Shown here piece by piece: positions 1 to 9,842 of a DNA stretch of 64,000 nt. Numbering within the stretch: position 1 is the first letter of the stretch; the number at the start of each line of letters is the position of its first letter. A program made the translations under genes and the position numbers. The notes under the pieces are model-generated. The model saw only the letters and a list, made by a program, of their open reading frames with translations, was not told where the DNA came from and made no database searches. Origin of the DNA: Ignavibacteria bacterium (lineage in GTDB: Bacteria; Bacteroidota; Ignavibacteria; Kapaibacteriales; Kapaibacteriaceae); contig CANMBE010000002.1 in assembly GCA_947495975.1 (NCBI GenBank), positions 89,192 to 153,191 on the forward strand. Reading direction: 5' to 3'.

Positions 1-1197
1 ATCGGTGCTCAAACACTTATACGATTTGCTTCTCGAAGAGCTGGATATGCAATCGCTCACAAGACCTTAACTGTTGCGCAGAAATATGAGTTTACAGATA
101 TCTGTTTGTCACTAGCGGTTCTCTTACGCGAATCGGCTGCGGTGTGGAATAAGCGAACAACATTCTTGCACCACCACCGCGATGTAGTGAAATATCAAAA
201 CGCGCTTCGCTGTGAGTATGATGCTGATTTTATGCTCCACCATATCAAGATGGAAATGACGGTAACGAGTCGGAAGAGGTCGTACCTCATGGATCTGCAT
301 AAGGATGCAATGATAAAGGTTGAGTCTATGTGCAGAGAGCACAATACCTATCTTCTACGACTCAATAGCATACGTGCAGCTGTAAATTATTACGACTTTA
401 TTGAAGACTTTGTAGGTGTGATCAACGAGTGCAAGAGAGCCATTCAATATTTGAATTCACAGCCGCATCTGTTGCTGCGTAATCGTTACGGCGAGTTCAT
501 ACTTCAGAATATGTCGGCCGCTCTCTATTTGCGTCGGTATGATGAAGCTTTTCAATTGGCAGATAGCTGTATAGAATCTTTTACAGAGGCAGGTAACAAT
601 TGGTACTTTGCGTCTGACCTTTCATTTGTTGCTGCAATCAATATTCAGGATTATACGAAAGCTGAATATTATTATTCGAGAGCAACGAACCATCGCAAAT
701 TCACCATGCTCTCAGAAAGCACACGTGAGCGATGGATCATATACGGGGCCTACCTTCTCCTTGCAGAAAGACTTGGGCTTCATGCTCCATCTCAAAGTAA
801 AACAAAGACATTTCGCCTTACTACATACCTGACTTCCCTACCGGAAGAATCAAAGTCTAAAAAAGTCTATAATGTACTTATCATCGTTTCGCATGTATTC
901 TATCTTATGCTAAACAGAGACTTTGATACTGCCGAGAAACGTATTGATGATCTCCACATATATTCTTCACGCTACCTGAAAGAGAAACACTTTCATCGAG
1001 TTCGGATCTTTCTTCGACTCATTCAGAGCTTTCCTAAACACTCCTTTATTCCCGAACAAATTCAGAAGAATACCAAGGACATCTATAGTGAGCTTGTTGC
1101 CTCATCACGTAATCCTATGCCATCTGAGACGAATGAGCTGATCCCATTCGAAGTAATGTTCGAATCCCTGCTCACAACAATGAAAAGCACAGACTAA
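1..1197 (+). CDS. hypothetical alpha-helical (TPR-like?) protein, probably 5'-truncated by the window edge
   Basis: Frame 1 is open from nt 1 with no stop. The ORF caller only begins at a TTG at 106. The region looks AT-richer than the rest of the window. I recognise no motif. Confidence 0.35.
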   Translation: MGAQTLIRFASRRAGYAIAHKTLTVAQKYEFTDICLSLAVLLRESAAVWNKRTTFLHHHRDVVKYQNALRCEYDADFMLHHIKMEMTVTSRKRSYLMDLHKDAMIKVESMCREHNTYLLRLNSIRAAVNYYDFIEDFVGVINECKRAIQYLNSQPHLLLRNRYGEFILQNMSAALYLRRYDEAFQLADSCIESFTEAGNNWYFASDLSFVAAINIQDYTKAEYYYSRATNHRKFTMLSESTRERWIIYGAYLLLAERLGLHAPSQSKTKTFRLTTYLTSLPEESKSKKVYNVLIIVSHVFYLMLNRDFDTAEKRIDDLHIYSSRYLKEKHFHRVRIFLRLIQSFPKHSFIPEQIQKNTKDIYSELVASSRNPMPSETNELIPFEVMFESLLTTMKSTD

Positions 1198-1204
1198 CCT
1201 CTAG

Positions 1205-1236
1205 CTGTATATATTGTTTACATTTTGTATATTGTC
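1205..1236. promoter_or_regulatory. candidate operator upstream of the S24 repressor: CTGTATATATTGTTTACA (TGTA..TACA ends) followed by an imperfect direct repeat TTGTATATTGT
   Basis: Palindromic and direct-repeat structure in the 70-bp gap before the LexA-like gene. Similar in style to a CTGT-N8-ACAG SOS box but not identical. Confidence 0.2.
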
Positions 1237-1268
1237 CACACGTTTCCACATTCAAAAACGGTGATACT

Positions 1269-2036
1269 ATGCAAACAAAGATTCAGCTTGGTGTACGCCA
1301 TCGCCAGATTAGAGAATCTGTGCTTCAAATGTCTGTAGCTGACTATGCAAAGCAAATGCAGGTGAAGGTTCCAACCGTGTATTCGTGGGAATCTGGGCGT
1401 ACAAGCGTCCCTCAGGACGTACTTGCCAAACTCGAGAACCGTTATGGCATTTCATCCGGCTGGTTGCTCACTGGCGCTGGATCTCCAAAGAGCATCGCAA
1501 CGGAGCCGGATTCAAACACCACCCAAGCATCCAAGAGCGCATTAGAGCGTTTAGAAGAACAAGTTCATGCTATCCGCAGTGTGATTGCAGAACTAAAAGC
1601 CCACTCGCCCCTTGTGGTAGCTCCTGCACGCTTATCAAAGGGGGCTCGCGGTACACGTATTCCCATGCTGTCACTCGGTGTAAGCGCTGGGCAACCAACA
1701 GCATCGGACGACACAATTGAACGTGAGATTGACCTTGCGGACATGCTCCTAGAGCACCCGGAGAGCACATATTTTATTCGTGTTGTAGGCGACTCAATGA
1801 CAGATGCCGGCATAAGCGATGGTGATACGCTCATCGTAGACTGTGCCGTGCAGCCCCGCTCAGGACAAATCGTTATAGCAAAGGTCTACGGAGAGCTCAC
1901 CGTGAAACGCTACATCAAGGCTGAAGGCCGCCCTGTGTTGCGTGCTGAGAACAGACGCTACAAGGACATTGCTATAACGGCCGAAATGGACTTCACAATC
2001 GTTGGCGTGGTTCGTAGCTGCATTAAAAAGTTCTGA
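1269..2036 (+). CDS. XRE-family HTH / peptidase S24 LexA-like (CI/UmuD-like) autocleaving repressor
   Basis: N-terminal Cro/C1-type HTH (VADYAKQMQVKVPTVYSWESGRTSVPQDVLAKL). C-terminal S24 fold with a GDSM serine motif (VVGDSMTDAGISDGDTLIVD) and a downstream Lys (VKRY). Confidence 0.75.
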   Translation: MQTKIQLGVRHRQIRESVLQMSVADYAKQMQVKVPTVYSWESGRTSVPQDVLAKLENRYGISSGWLLTGAGSPKSIATEPDSNTTQASKSALERLEEQVHAIRSVIAELKAHSPLVVAPARLSKGARGTRIPMLSLGVSAGQPTASDDTIEREIDLADMLLEHPESTYFIRVVGDSMTDAGISDGDTLIVDCAVQPRSGQIVIAKVYGELTVKRYIKAEGRPVLRAENRRYKDIAITAEMDFTIVGVVRSCIKKF

Positions 2037-2091
2037 ACTCAACGTTGGAATAACTTTACGATGTCAAATCATTCTACATTTTGTAGAATTG

Positions 2092-3051
2092 CAAATGATC
2101 ATCTGCATCGTTATCGAAGACGTACTTTCTCAGGCCCGCTGGGATGCTATTGTTGAGCGTGTACACGCCTACACTCCCCTGCTTGTTGTCGCTAAACATG
2201 GTAGGCTCTACTCTGGAACTGACAACCTTGACGGCTTGCGGTCACTTGTTCAAAAAATTCGCGCGCACGCCGCGCTAGCACCAGACCGTACGAGTGCGCT
2301 GCTCTGCGCATTATATGGCACATGCGGAAGGTTAGATGCCTATGCATCCGCAGAAGAGGTGCCAACCTCTGTACTATTGAATATTCCTGAACTTGATCTT
2401 CATGAGCAAGATGCAGAGCGTTTGAGTCTCTTTGGCATGCGCACAATTGGAGATCTGAGCGCGCTGCAAGAGAGACATCTACGCGTACAGTTTGGTAGTG
2501 CAGGAAGTAGACTCCATACCTTTCTCACTTCACAGAGTTCTGCACTCCCATTGTATGTGCCGCCCCCTGACATTATCAGTCGCATTCGCTTTGATGATGC
2601 ACAACGCGAACCCGGCGTACTCGTTGAAACGTTGCATTACTGCGTAAGCCAAACCGTTCAGGAGCTTGCACCACAGCTATGTTGGCGCATTGAGGTTGCC
2701 GTGCTCGATAAAGCTGACGAGCTCTGTGCACAGCGCGGACGTGTATTGCGCAACGGTGTAACAACAGTCGATGCGATACTTGTTCATGCAAGAGCGCTGT
2801 TACGTGAGTTGCTTCATCCAACACGACTGTGGTGGGGAATCCGCGTGCGCCTCGCATCACTTACTCCACCACAGGCTGCACAAACACAACTATTTGTTGA
2901 GCGTAAGACTGCTCAGGATGTTTCGAACGGTATGCTTCCACGTTATGCACAAGTGATGAAGCGAGTAGAGATCCTCAACCCGTGGTCAATCGTGCCTGAG
3001 CACTATGCACGCCTTGTGAGATATTCACAAGACCCACAAGGAAACGTATGA
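2092..3051 (+). CDS. imuB: ImuB-like Y-family DNA polymerase-like protein, catalytically inactive type, N-terminal body
   Basis: Y-family HhH/thumb signature (LLNIPELDLHEQDAERLSLFGMRTIGDLSALQERHLRVQFGSAG). The palm is shortened and lacks DinB catalytic acids. It sits between the S24 repressor and dnaE2. The start was chosen at an internal ATG to avoid overlapping the upstream gene. Confidence 0.5.
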   Translation, partial: QMIICIVIEDVLSQARWDAIVERVHAYTPLLVVAKHGRLYSGTDNLDGLRSLVQKIRAHAALAPDRTSALLCALYGTCGRLDAYASAEEVPTSVLLNIPELDLHEQDAERLSLFGMRTIGDLSALQERHLRVQFGSAGSRLHTFLTSQSSALPLYVPPPDIISRIRFDDAQREPGVLVETLHYCVSQTVQELAPQLCWRIEVAVLDKADELCAQRGRVLRNGVTTVDAILVHARALLRELLHPTRLWWGIRVRLASLTPPQAAQTQLFVERKTAQDVSNGMLPRYAQVMKRVEILNPWSIVPEHYARLVRYSQDPQGNV

Positions 3052-3284
3052 AACTGTTGCTCGAGCCAATCGATGTTGGTTGTCGCAATAACACACCATA
3101 CGTTATCTGCTGGCGAGGAGGTGCATACGATGTGGAAAGCGTGCTTGACTCTTGGAGCAGCCGAGGTCCGTGGTGGGGCAAGGACGAACTGCGAGACTAC
3201 ATCCTGCTTATGACAACATCCGGCGTGATGGAGATCTACCGTAGCAACCTACATGGTTGGATGTTATCACGAATGTTTGACTAG
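3048..3284 (+). CDS. imuB: ImuB C-terminal module (DUF4113-like, RDY..G..W.L.G.FD) encoded as a separate overlapping ORF
   Basis: WWGKDELRDYILLMTTSGVMEIYRSNLHGWMLSRMFD resembles the conserved C-terminal domain of ImuB-type proteins. It begins with an ATGA overlap on the imuB stop, in a different frame. Confidence 0.45.
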   Translation: MKLLLEPIDVGCRNNTPYVICWRGGAYDVESVLDSWSSRGPWWGKDELRDYILLMTTSGVMEIYRSNLHGWMLSRMFD

Positions 3285-3304
3285 GTACTGAGCTGAATCA
3301 TCAC

Positions 3305-6300
3305 ATGTTTGCCTCACTCCATACGCGTTCACACTTCTCCTTCCTCGATGGAGCATCGTCTCCTGAAGAATTAGCTCAGCATGCAGCACAGCTTGGCCAT
3401 CATGCTATTGCACTTACAGACAGCTATGGTGTATACTCTGCCGTGCGTCTGCAACGTGCTTGTCTCGCGCACGGCATTGCGCCGATCATGGGAACTGATA
3501 TCTCACTACATGGTGTAATGGTCTCCCTCCTTGCTAAAGATCAACGAGGATATGAAGAGCTCTGTGGTCTTATCACAAGAATGAAAGGTGATGCAGACGT
3601 TGATGCACTCAAAGCAGTTATGCAGTTACAGCAGTGTTTCACAATTGTTCATTGTAGGGCAGATGATCTAGGCAATATCCATGAACTGCTGAGCCCCCTA
3701 TCAAAAACAGGCACCTTTGTTGGCATATCACATGACGGTAGACCGTGGGCAAAACGTCGCGCCGGTAGCATCGTACAACTCGCTCAATCACACGGCATAC
3801 CAATCGTAATTGCACAGGATGTACGATATGCTACGCCTGATCAGTATGCAACACATGATCTCATGACGTGTATACGCGAAGGCATCACCATCTATGAACC
3901 ACATCCACTACGTCCAGTAAATGACAGACATTGCCTGCGTAGTGAACATGAACTGAGATCGCTCCTACCATGGCCAGAAGCATTCGATGCAGTTCATGAA
4001 ATCATACGTCAGTGTAGCTTCAATATCATACCGGAACATATCACGCCCCCTTCTGCAAAATTGAAAGCTGACGAAACGGCTATTAATGTTCTACGAGAAA
4101 CATGCTGGAAGGCATTCCCGAAGCGTTACACGAATATGCAGAAGCAAGCATCGGATTTACTAGAACACGAATTAGATGTAATCGGAGATCTAGAGCTTGC
4201 CGACTTTTTTCTTGTTGTAAAAGAAGTGACAGACGAAGCACGTCGCCGTACAATACGATGCTCAGGCCGTGGCTCGGCGGCTAATTCAATAGTAGCCTAT
4301 CTGCTTGGTATCACAGGAGTATGCCCAATCAGACATCATCTACTCTTTGAACGCTTTCTGCATAGGGGGCGAAAGGGCACCCCAGATATTGACGTAGACT
4401 TTGATAGCGACAGACGGAACGAGATTATCACATGGATGGAAAATCGCTTTGGTATTGACCGCACGGCCATGACGGCTACATTGATCATATACCGCACACG
4501 CATGGCTGTACGCGATGCTGCGAAAGCCCTTGGCTGGCCAATGGACACTGTGAACAAACTCTCTAAATGTGTACCGTCGTGGACAAGCAAAGCCATTAGT
4601 GATTACCGAGAAGATCTCTCGGCTGTATGCGGTGATGTGCCATTGCTCGACGTACTCATCCGCTCTGTGCAGCTGCTACTCAATCATCCACGTCACCTGG
4701 GTTTACACTCAGGAGGAATGATATTGTCATCACGCTCACTCAACACATGTACACCTGTTCAACGCTCTGCCAATGGTGTTGCTGTTGTGCAGTTCGACAA
4801 GGACGATGTAGAAGCAATGGGGCTAGTAAAGTTTGACGTTCTCGGCCTGCGTATGCTTGCCTGTGTAAGTGAGGCTGTAGAACTCATTGCACAACATACT
4901 GGTTGCCTCATTGATATTGACGAGCTCCCGCTAGATGACGAAGACACCTACAACCTCATTCGTAGTGGTCATACACTTGGCGTGTTTCAAATAGAATCAC
5001 AAGGACAGATGCACTTACTCGCAAAACATCAACCGGAAAACTTTGATGACTTGGTTACGGAGGTTGCTCTCTTTAGACCAGGCCCACTACAAGGTGGTAT
5101 GGTGCATCCATATATCGCACGGCGCAAAGGCATACAGCCCATAACATACATACACCCAGACCTAGAGCCAATCCTGAAAGATACGCTTGGCATTGTACTC
5201 TTTCAGGAGCAGGTATTAGAAATAGCACATCGGTTTGCAGGTATGCCTCTAGACGAAGCTGATGATTTTCGTGCATTAGTGTCCAAGAACAGGGATCGTG
5301 TTTTGATGGAGGCCATGCGAACACGATTTATTGAAGGGGCTAAGCAACGCGGTGTTGATTGCGATAGTGCAGAACAAGTCTACGAGAAGCTCTCGCACTT
5401 TGTGGGCTATGGATTTTGCAGATCACATGCTGCTGCCTTTGCGAAGATCGTCTATCAGAGCGCTTGGCTAAAGCAACATCATCCTGCTGCATATATGGCA
5501 GCCTTCATGCAACATCGCCCAGGCATGTACAATCTCATGACGCTAGAAGATGAAGCACGACGATTTGGAGTAGATATCCTTATGCCAAATTTGGAAATAT
5601 CAGGTATGCGCTACCACCTAGAAACAGTATCTGAGGGTTCATTTGCTATACGTAAGCCCCTTACCAGTGTAGCTCATATAAGCGATGATATTGCACGCCT
5701 CATCGTGTGGGAGCGCTCATGCTCGCCATTCGCAAACATAGAAGACATTGTTGTGCGACTGCCGAACGTCCCACGTGATGCACTAGAAGCACTTGCGCTA
5801 TCCGGCGCAATGGAACCATGGGAGCCAGATGCACGCCGCGCCCTATGGATTGTTGGCGTTGTAAAAAGAAGATCGTCAGGTTCTGTACCATCACTACTAT
5901 CCGTGCCTATACTGCATAAGGACGATGTGCCAATCCTACCAGAACTTCGTGCACAAGAACGTCTCGCATACGATTATATAACACATGGTGCGGCACGTGT
6001 ACATCCTATGACGCTCTATAGGCGCAGCCTCATAGACTTAGAGGTACGCTCGATCGATATCATAAAGCGACTGCCTCTAACACCTGTAGCAAGGGTTGTT
6101 ACCTCCGGTATCGTTATCCTGCGTCAAGCACCCGCTACGGCACATGGCATGTTATTCGTTACACTCGAAGATGAAACAGGCTTTGTACAGTGTATAGTAA
6201 AACCTGAAATACGAGATCTCTTCCGCAAAGAGCTCCGCAATGCGTCCCTTGTTGTAAAAGGTACACTACATGGTACAGCAAACTGGCGTGGAATCATGAT

Positions 6301-6421
6301 AGAAGAGGTTCGCATATTAACAAACGTCATCGGTGGATATCATGGTCACCTCTCGTTTGCTGGCGGTACTGACACACTTGAAATTGGTGCCATCACAAAA
6401 GAAAGGGCCAACGTTCAGTGA
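3305..6421 (+). CDS. dnaE2: error-prone DNA polymerase DnaE2 (ImuC)
   Basis: N-terminal PHP domain (FASLHTRSHFSFLDGASSPEELAQHAAQLGHHAIALTDSYGVYSAVRL). Its 1038-aa length is typical of DnaE2 and it is linked to the LexA-like/ImuB genes. Confidence 0.85.
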   Translation: MFASLHTRSHFSFLDGASSPEELAQHAAQLGHHAIALTDSYGVYSAVRLQRACLAHGIAPIMGTDISLHGVMVSLLAKDQRGYEELCGLITRMKGDADVDALKAVMQLQQCFTIVHCRADDLGNIHELLSPLSKTGTFVGISHDGRPWAKRRAGSIVQLAQSHGIPIVIAQDVRYATPDQYATHDLMTCIREGITIYEPHPLRPVNDRHCLRSEHELRSLLPWPEAFDAVHEIIRQCSFNIIPEHITPPSAKLKADETAINVLRETCWKAFPKRYTNMQKQASDLLEHELDVIGDLELADFFLVVKEVTDEARRRTIRCSGRGSAANSIVAYLLGITGVCPIRHHLLFERFLHRGRKGTPDIDVDFDSDRRNEIITWMENRFGIDRTAMTATLIIYRTRMAVRDAAKALGWPMDTVNKLSKCVPSWTSKAISDYREDLSAVCGDVPLLDVLIRSVQLLLNHPRHLGLHSGGMILSSRSLNTCTPVQRSANGVAVVQFDKDDVEAMGLVKFDVLGLRMLACVSEAVELIAQHTGCLIDIDELPLDDEDTYNLIRSGHTLGVFQIESQGQMHLLAKHQPENFDDLVTEVALFRPGPLQGGMVHPYIARRKGIQPITYIHPDLEPILKDTLGIVLFQEQVLEIAHRFAGMPLDEADDFRALVSKNRDRVLMEAMRTRFIEGAKQRGVDCDSAEQVYEKLSHFVGYGFCRSHAAAFAKIVYQSAWLKQHHPAAYMAAFMQHRPGMYNLMTLEDEARRFGVDILMPNLEISGMRYHLETVSEGSFAIRKPLTSVAHISDDIARLIVWERSCSPFANIEDIVVRLPNVPRDALEALALSGAMEPWEPDARRALWIVGVVKRRSSGSVPSLLSVPILHKDDVPILPELRAQERLAYDYITHGAARVHPMTLYRRSLIDLEVRSIDIIKRLPLTPVARVVTSGIVILRQAPATAHGMLFVTLEDETGFVQCIVKPEIRDLFRKELRNASLVVKGTLHGTANWRGIMIEEVRILTNVIGGYHGHLSFAGGTDTLEIGAITKERANVQ

Positions 6422-6721
6422 ATGTGAGTCCATAGTTTCGATCAAACGAACTATACGTAAAAAACGAAGCGAATACCAATCGCTGCGTTAACATTGGATC
6501 CTTTTTTTGCGCCACATAAAGACATGGGGCAACCTCGCCAAAGATCTCAATGCTTCTTGCAGGCATCCATTGAAGGCCAACTGGTAAATGGATTCCAAGA
6601 ATACTTAGATCTGCTAAACCGAGGTTAACGCCAGAGCACCAGAGCAAAAGCTAACACTACCAGTACCATCAAAACGCTCATGCAAACACTTTTCATCACA
6701 ACTACTTGATAAATTTGCTCC

Positions 6722-7492
6722 ATGAGATCTATTGCCCTATTGATTGAATACGAGGGAAGTACGTATTCTGGTTGGCAGCGCCAACCACATGATGCTTCTG
6801 TACAACAAGTTATTGAACAGGCAATTGCTGTCGCATTTGACGCTGATGTGTCTATCGTTGGCTCTGGGAGAACTGATGCAGGTGTTCATGCTCGTGGACA
6901 AGTAGCTCACGTTCATCTTCCACCTCATGCTAACGATATCCCTCTTTCTAAAGTCGCGATAGCATTAAACACCCGATTGCCTCCAGACATACGCGTTCGT
7001 TCAACTTCTGATGTAGATGCAATGTTCCACGCACGTTTTACAGCAAAGTCTCGAGAGTACATCTATGACATCTCAAAGCATGATTCCATATTCAGACGTG
7101 CCTTTTCATGGACTCCAGAACTGTCCTATGACCCAGTACGCCTCGCTGAAACATTGACGTTGTTTGAAGGTCAACACGACTTCACTGCAATCTCAAAAAA
7201 CAATCCCGATACAAAATCCTATGTCTGCTCTGTAGAATATTGCCGAATGAAGGAACATTCTGACCGTTTCGTCATTCGTATTCGAGCAGACCGATTCGTT
7301 TATGGCATGTGCCGCTCGATTGTGGGATCTGCAATGACCGTTGCACGAGGCAAGATTGATCTTGAAGGTGCTCGGTCGATACTGGCATCCGGGATTCGTT
7401 CCAGCCAGCTCATACTAGCCCCATCTCATGGATTGACCCTTAATCGTGTCCGCTATGCAAATGGTGTTTTTGATGACGAAACATACTTCTAA
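6722..7492 (+). CDS. truA: tRNA pseudouridine(38-40) synthase TruA
   Basis: IEYEGSTYSGWQRQP and GSGRTDAGVHARGQVAHV motifs. Confidence 0.9.
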   Translation: MRSIALLIEYEGSTYSGWQRQPHDASVQQVIEQAIAVAFDADVSIVGSGRTDAGVHARGQVAHVHLPPHANDIPLSKVAIALNTRLPPDIRVRSTSDVDAMFHARFTAKSREYIYDISKHDSIFRRAFSWTPELSYDPVRLAETLTLFEGQHDFTAISKNNPDTKSYVCSVEYCRMKEHSDRFVIRIRADRFVYGMCRSIVGSAMTVARGKIDLEGARSILASGIRSSQLILAPSHGLTLNRVRYANGVFDDETYF

Positions 7493-7675
7493 ACAATGTC
7501 TTTTTTATACTGGGTCTGCTGCTCAACGCTGCGTGCATGAAATCGTCAATCGGATTCTACAAGCACCTGAGGTAACGTAACACAGGCGATGATCATTCTA
7601 CCATTGCGCCCCCTACCGAAGCTCAGCTCAAGACGAGAGGCTACACGGATTTCAAGAGGAATCTCTAACGCACCG

Positions 7676-8524
7676 TTACGCCAGCCACGCCGGTGCTTCA
7701 TCGAGCGCTCGTGTGCAGGCGCGCCATGCCAGTCGGAAGGCATCTGCTGCATTATCGGACTCGGCAACAATTGTGCTATCGCCAATCTTTGTGATGCCAT
7801 GTTCCATAGATGCCTTATCGCACTGCTCTCTGCGGTACATCTCCACTTCAATCCGAGCATGACCCACGTCATATAAAAATGATGCACCTAGATTCGTAAC
7901 CACATGAGCCGCTGCATGAGATATTAATATCCTTGTGCGTGATGGTGTTAGACACACGCCCGCCGTGGGACCGAGTGTACGCTTTGTAGCAACAAACGCA
8001 ACACGTGAATCCCAGGCTGCTATCTCTGGGCCTAGATCACTGTTACCAACAACAAGTGCAACAGGCACGCCAAAGGAGCCCAGCACAGCAGCATTCATTT
8101 GGACTTCACCAACTGCAATGCTGTTGAGCCTCCACTCTCGAACGACACTCCCAATGTAGGTGTGTGCCAATAGTCCAGACGGAGTTCCTGACATGCTGTG
8201 ATACCCAATCATGAATGCGGCATCGAATGTGGAATCAATACCCTCAAGCTGACAAAGGGGCTTATTCGATGGCTTCCCGGAGCCAATAACAAGTTCGGCT
8301 GCTGAGTGAAGTTCTTCTAGAATGATGTTGCGCATCGGTCCATGACCATCGCCAACAACAAAGGTTGCTAAGGGGTCTGCTCGCAGCACTCCTTCAATTG
8401 CAGCGTTCACATCACCTGTAAGTAAGCGTTGGGCGGCTGCATAGCCCCTTCCCTCAGGCATCAATTGATCGTGATGTACAACTCCAGTTGCACCTTCCAT
8501 GTCGGCTGCGATAAAGATCTTCAT
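7676..8524 (-). CDS. D-aminopeptidase DppA-like, peptidase M55
   Basis: MKIFIAADMEGATGV N-terminus typical of the M55/DppA family. The start was moved to the internal ATG. Confidence 0.75.
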   Translation of the reverse strand: MKIFIAADMEGATGVVHHDQLMPEGRGYAAAQRLLTGDVNAAIEGVLRADPLATFVVGDGHGPMRNIILEELHSAAELVIGSGKPSNKPLCQLEGIDSTFDAAFMIGYHSMSGTPSGLLAHTYIGSVVREWRLNSIAVGEVQMNAAVLGSFGVPVALVVGNSDLGPEIAAWDSRVAFVATKRTLGPTAGVCLTPSRTRILISHAAAHVVTNLGASFLYDVGHARIEVEMYRREQCDKASMEHGITKIGDSTIVAESDNAADAFRLAWRACTRALDEAPAWLA

Positions 8525-8620
8525 GAATGATCCGATAGTGTAGGAACAGCGAGAATGTACATGTTGAATCTGCACAAAAGTACGCTATTGGATGTGCCAA
8601 GCATACCGTATCATGCATAT

Positions 8621-9019
8621 ATGAAAAATGGCATCGAACATGGAATTGGTACCGTGGAGATAATTGTCACACAGGGGATGATGGCAATTCTTGATGAACG
8701 CGTCATACATCCTGTGTACTCAACGTTTTGGTTGGCATACCATGCCGAGCTTGCGGCTCGTCGTGCAATCGAGCCATACTTTGATGATACAGAGAATGCA
8801 GTGGGTAGTTCAATCAGCCTCACGCATAAATCCATGGCGGGCCTCGGCGCAGAGGTTCGCATCACCGCACAAGTATCTGTTGTTACGGGGCGCCATGTAT
8901 TGTGCACCATTGAGGCACGAGCCACGAAAACGGATACTCTCTTGGCAGAAGGTATTCAGGGTCAGGTCATTTTATCATCGGCTACACTTGCTGCGAAATG
9001 TGCAAGCGCTGTGCGATAG
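8621..9019 (+). CDS. hotdog-fold thioesterase (FlK/YiiD_C-like)
   Basis: About 130 aa with a hotdog-like pattern. The start was set at the internal ATG (MKNGIEHGIG). Confidence 0.5.
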   Translation: MKNGIEHGIGTVEIIVTQGMMAILDERVIHPVYSTFWLAYHAELAARRAIEPYFDDTENAVGSSISLTHKSMAGLGAEVRITAQVSVVTGRHVLCTIEARATKTDTLLAEGIQGQVILSSATLAAKCASAVR

Positions 9020-9209
9020 ACTCCCAACAGGTACAGCTTACTGAACACGAAGGTTGTCTTTGTTCGTGATGCATGATGATGCTGCGCGGTTAGCAGAGAT
9101 CTGAATCCGCGCTGGGTAGACACAACGTCCCATGCGTAGGTTGCCGATTTAGATAGTGGACTAACATATCTGTATCCAACGGGTTAGATCTTTTAGCTGA
9201 CTCGTGTGA

Positions 9210-9842
9210 TTATTTTAAAATAAATCCAGTTTGAGCGCACCAAAAGAGCAAATCAACCTCATCTATATCAATTCCAATATCCAGACAATACTCTCTGAAC
9301 TGCTTTTCTACTGACTTGTATCTTGATATCGTGCTCACACTGGGCACTTCTGCATAGACTCCACAGCGAACAAGATTGGTCAAAAGATGCCTATCGAGAA
9401 TAGCTAGGCCCCGTACACCAATATTTCGAAGAAAGTGGCTAGACTCCTTAAGACCAAAGCCATCTACAGTTTGGGCAATGAGGTCCCGACGCTCTACTGG
9501 GCTGATATCACGGTGGTCAACGATTGCCGCAATGGCTGGCCATTGTCTTCGCGCCTTTATGAGTCTGGCGTGCTTGGTATTATGGAAGCGGATGTATTGG
9601 TTTGGCTGCCTGAGCAGATGTAAGACATCTTGCCCATCTTCTTGATAATGAACGTACTTAAGAGATTCAACTACGGCGTTTGCATGAACTGCTGAAGACT
9701 GAGGGGTCAATAGACAAAAACACAGTTCATAGAACCTATCCTTTGGTAAAACAGCCTCAAACTCACAAAGCCGCGCTCGTATCTCCAGCTGCTTTTGGGA
9801 GTAAAGTTTTGCTAATTCAGGTGGTAATGCGTGTCCAATCAA
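9210..9842 (-). CDS. 8-oxoguanine DNA glycosylase / N-glycosylase-DNA lyase, Ogg2 type (HhH-GPD)
   Basis: LCFCLLTPQSS and HFLRNIGVRGLAILDRH motifs. The only in-frame start is a TTG directly after the upstream stop, so the start is uncertain. Confidence 0.65.
   Translation of the reverse strand: MIGHALPPELAKLYSQKQLEIRARLCEFEAVLPKDRFYELCFCLLTPQSSAVHANAVVESLKYVHYQEDGQDVLHLLRQPNQYIRFHNTKHARLIKARRQWPAIAAIVDHRDISPVERRDLIAQTVDGFGLKESSHFLRNIGVRGLAILDRHLLTNLVRCGVYAEVPSVSTISRYKSVEKQFREYCLDIGIDIDEVDLLFWCAQTGFILK

Noticed and set aside
1385-1834. Alternative-frame and antisense ORFs overlapping the LexA-like gene
   Set aside because: The S24/HTH frame is clearly the real one. The others lack motifs and are fully nested.
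6393-6702. 84-aa minus-strand ORF overlapping the dnaE2 3' end, and a 23-codon hydrophobic mini-ORF (MKSVCMSVLMVLVVLAFALVLWR) in the dnaE2-truA spacer
   Set aside because: The 84-aa ORF has no motif and overlaps a confident gene end. The mini-ORF is too short and unsupported to call, though a small-protein search could revisit it.
9020-9209. GCGCGG-N16-CCGCGC stem-loop in the convergent spacer after the hotdog thioesterase gene
   Set aside because: It may be a terminator, but the loop is long and no T-tract follows, so it was not annotated.
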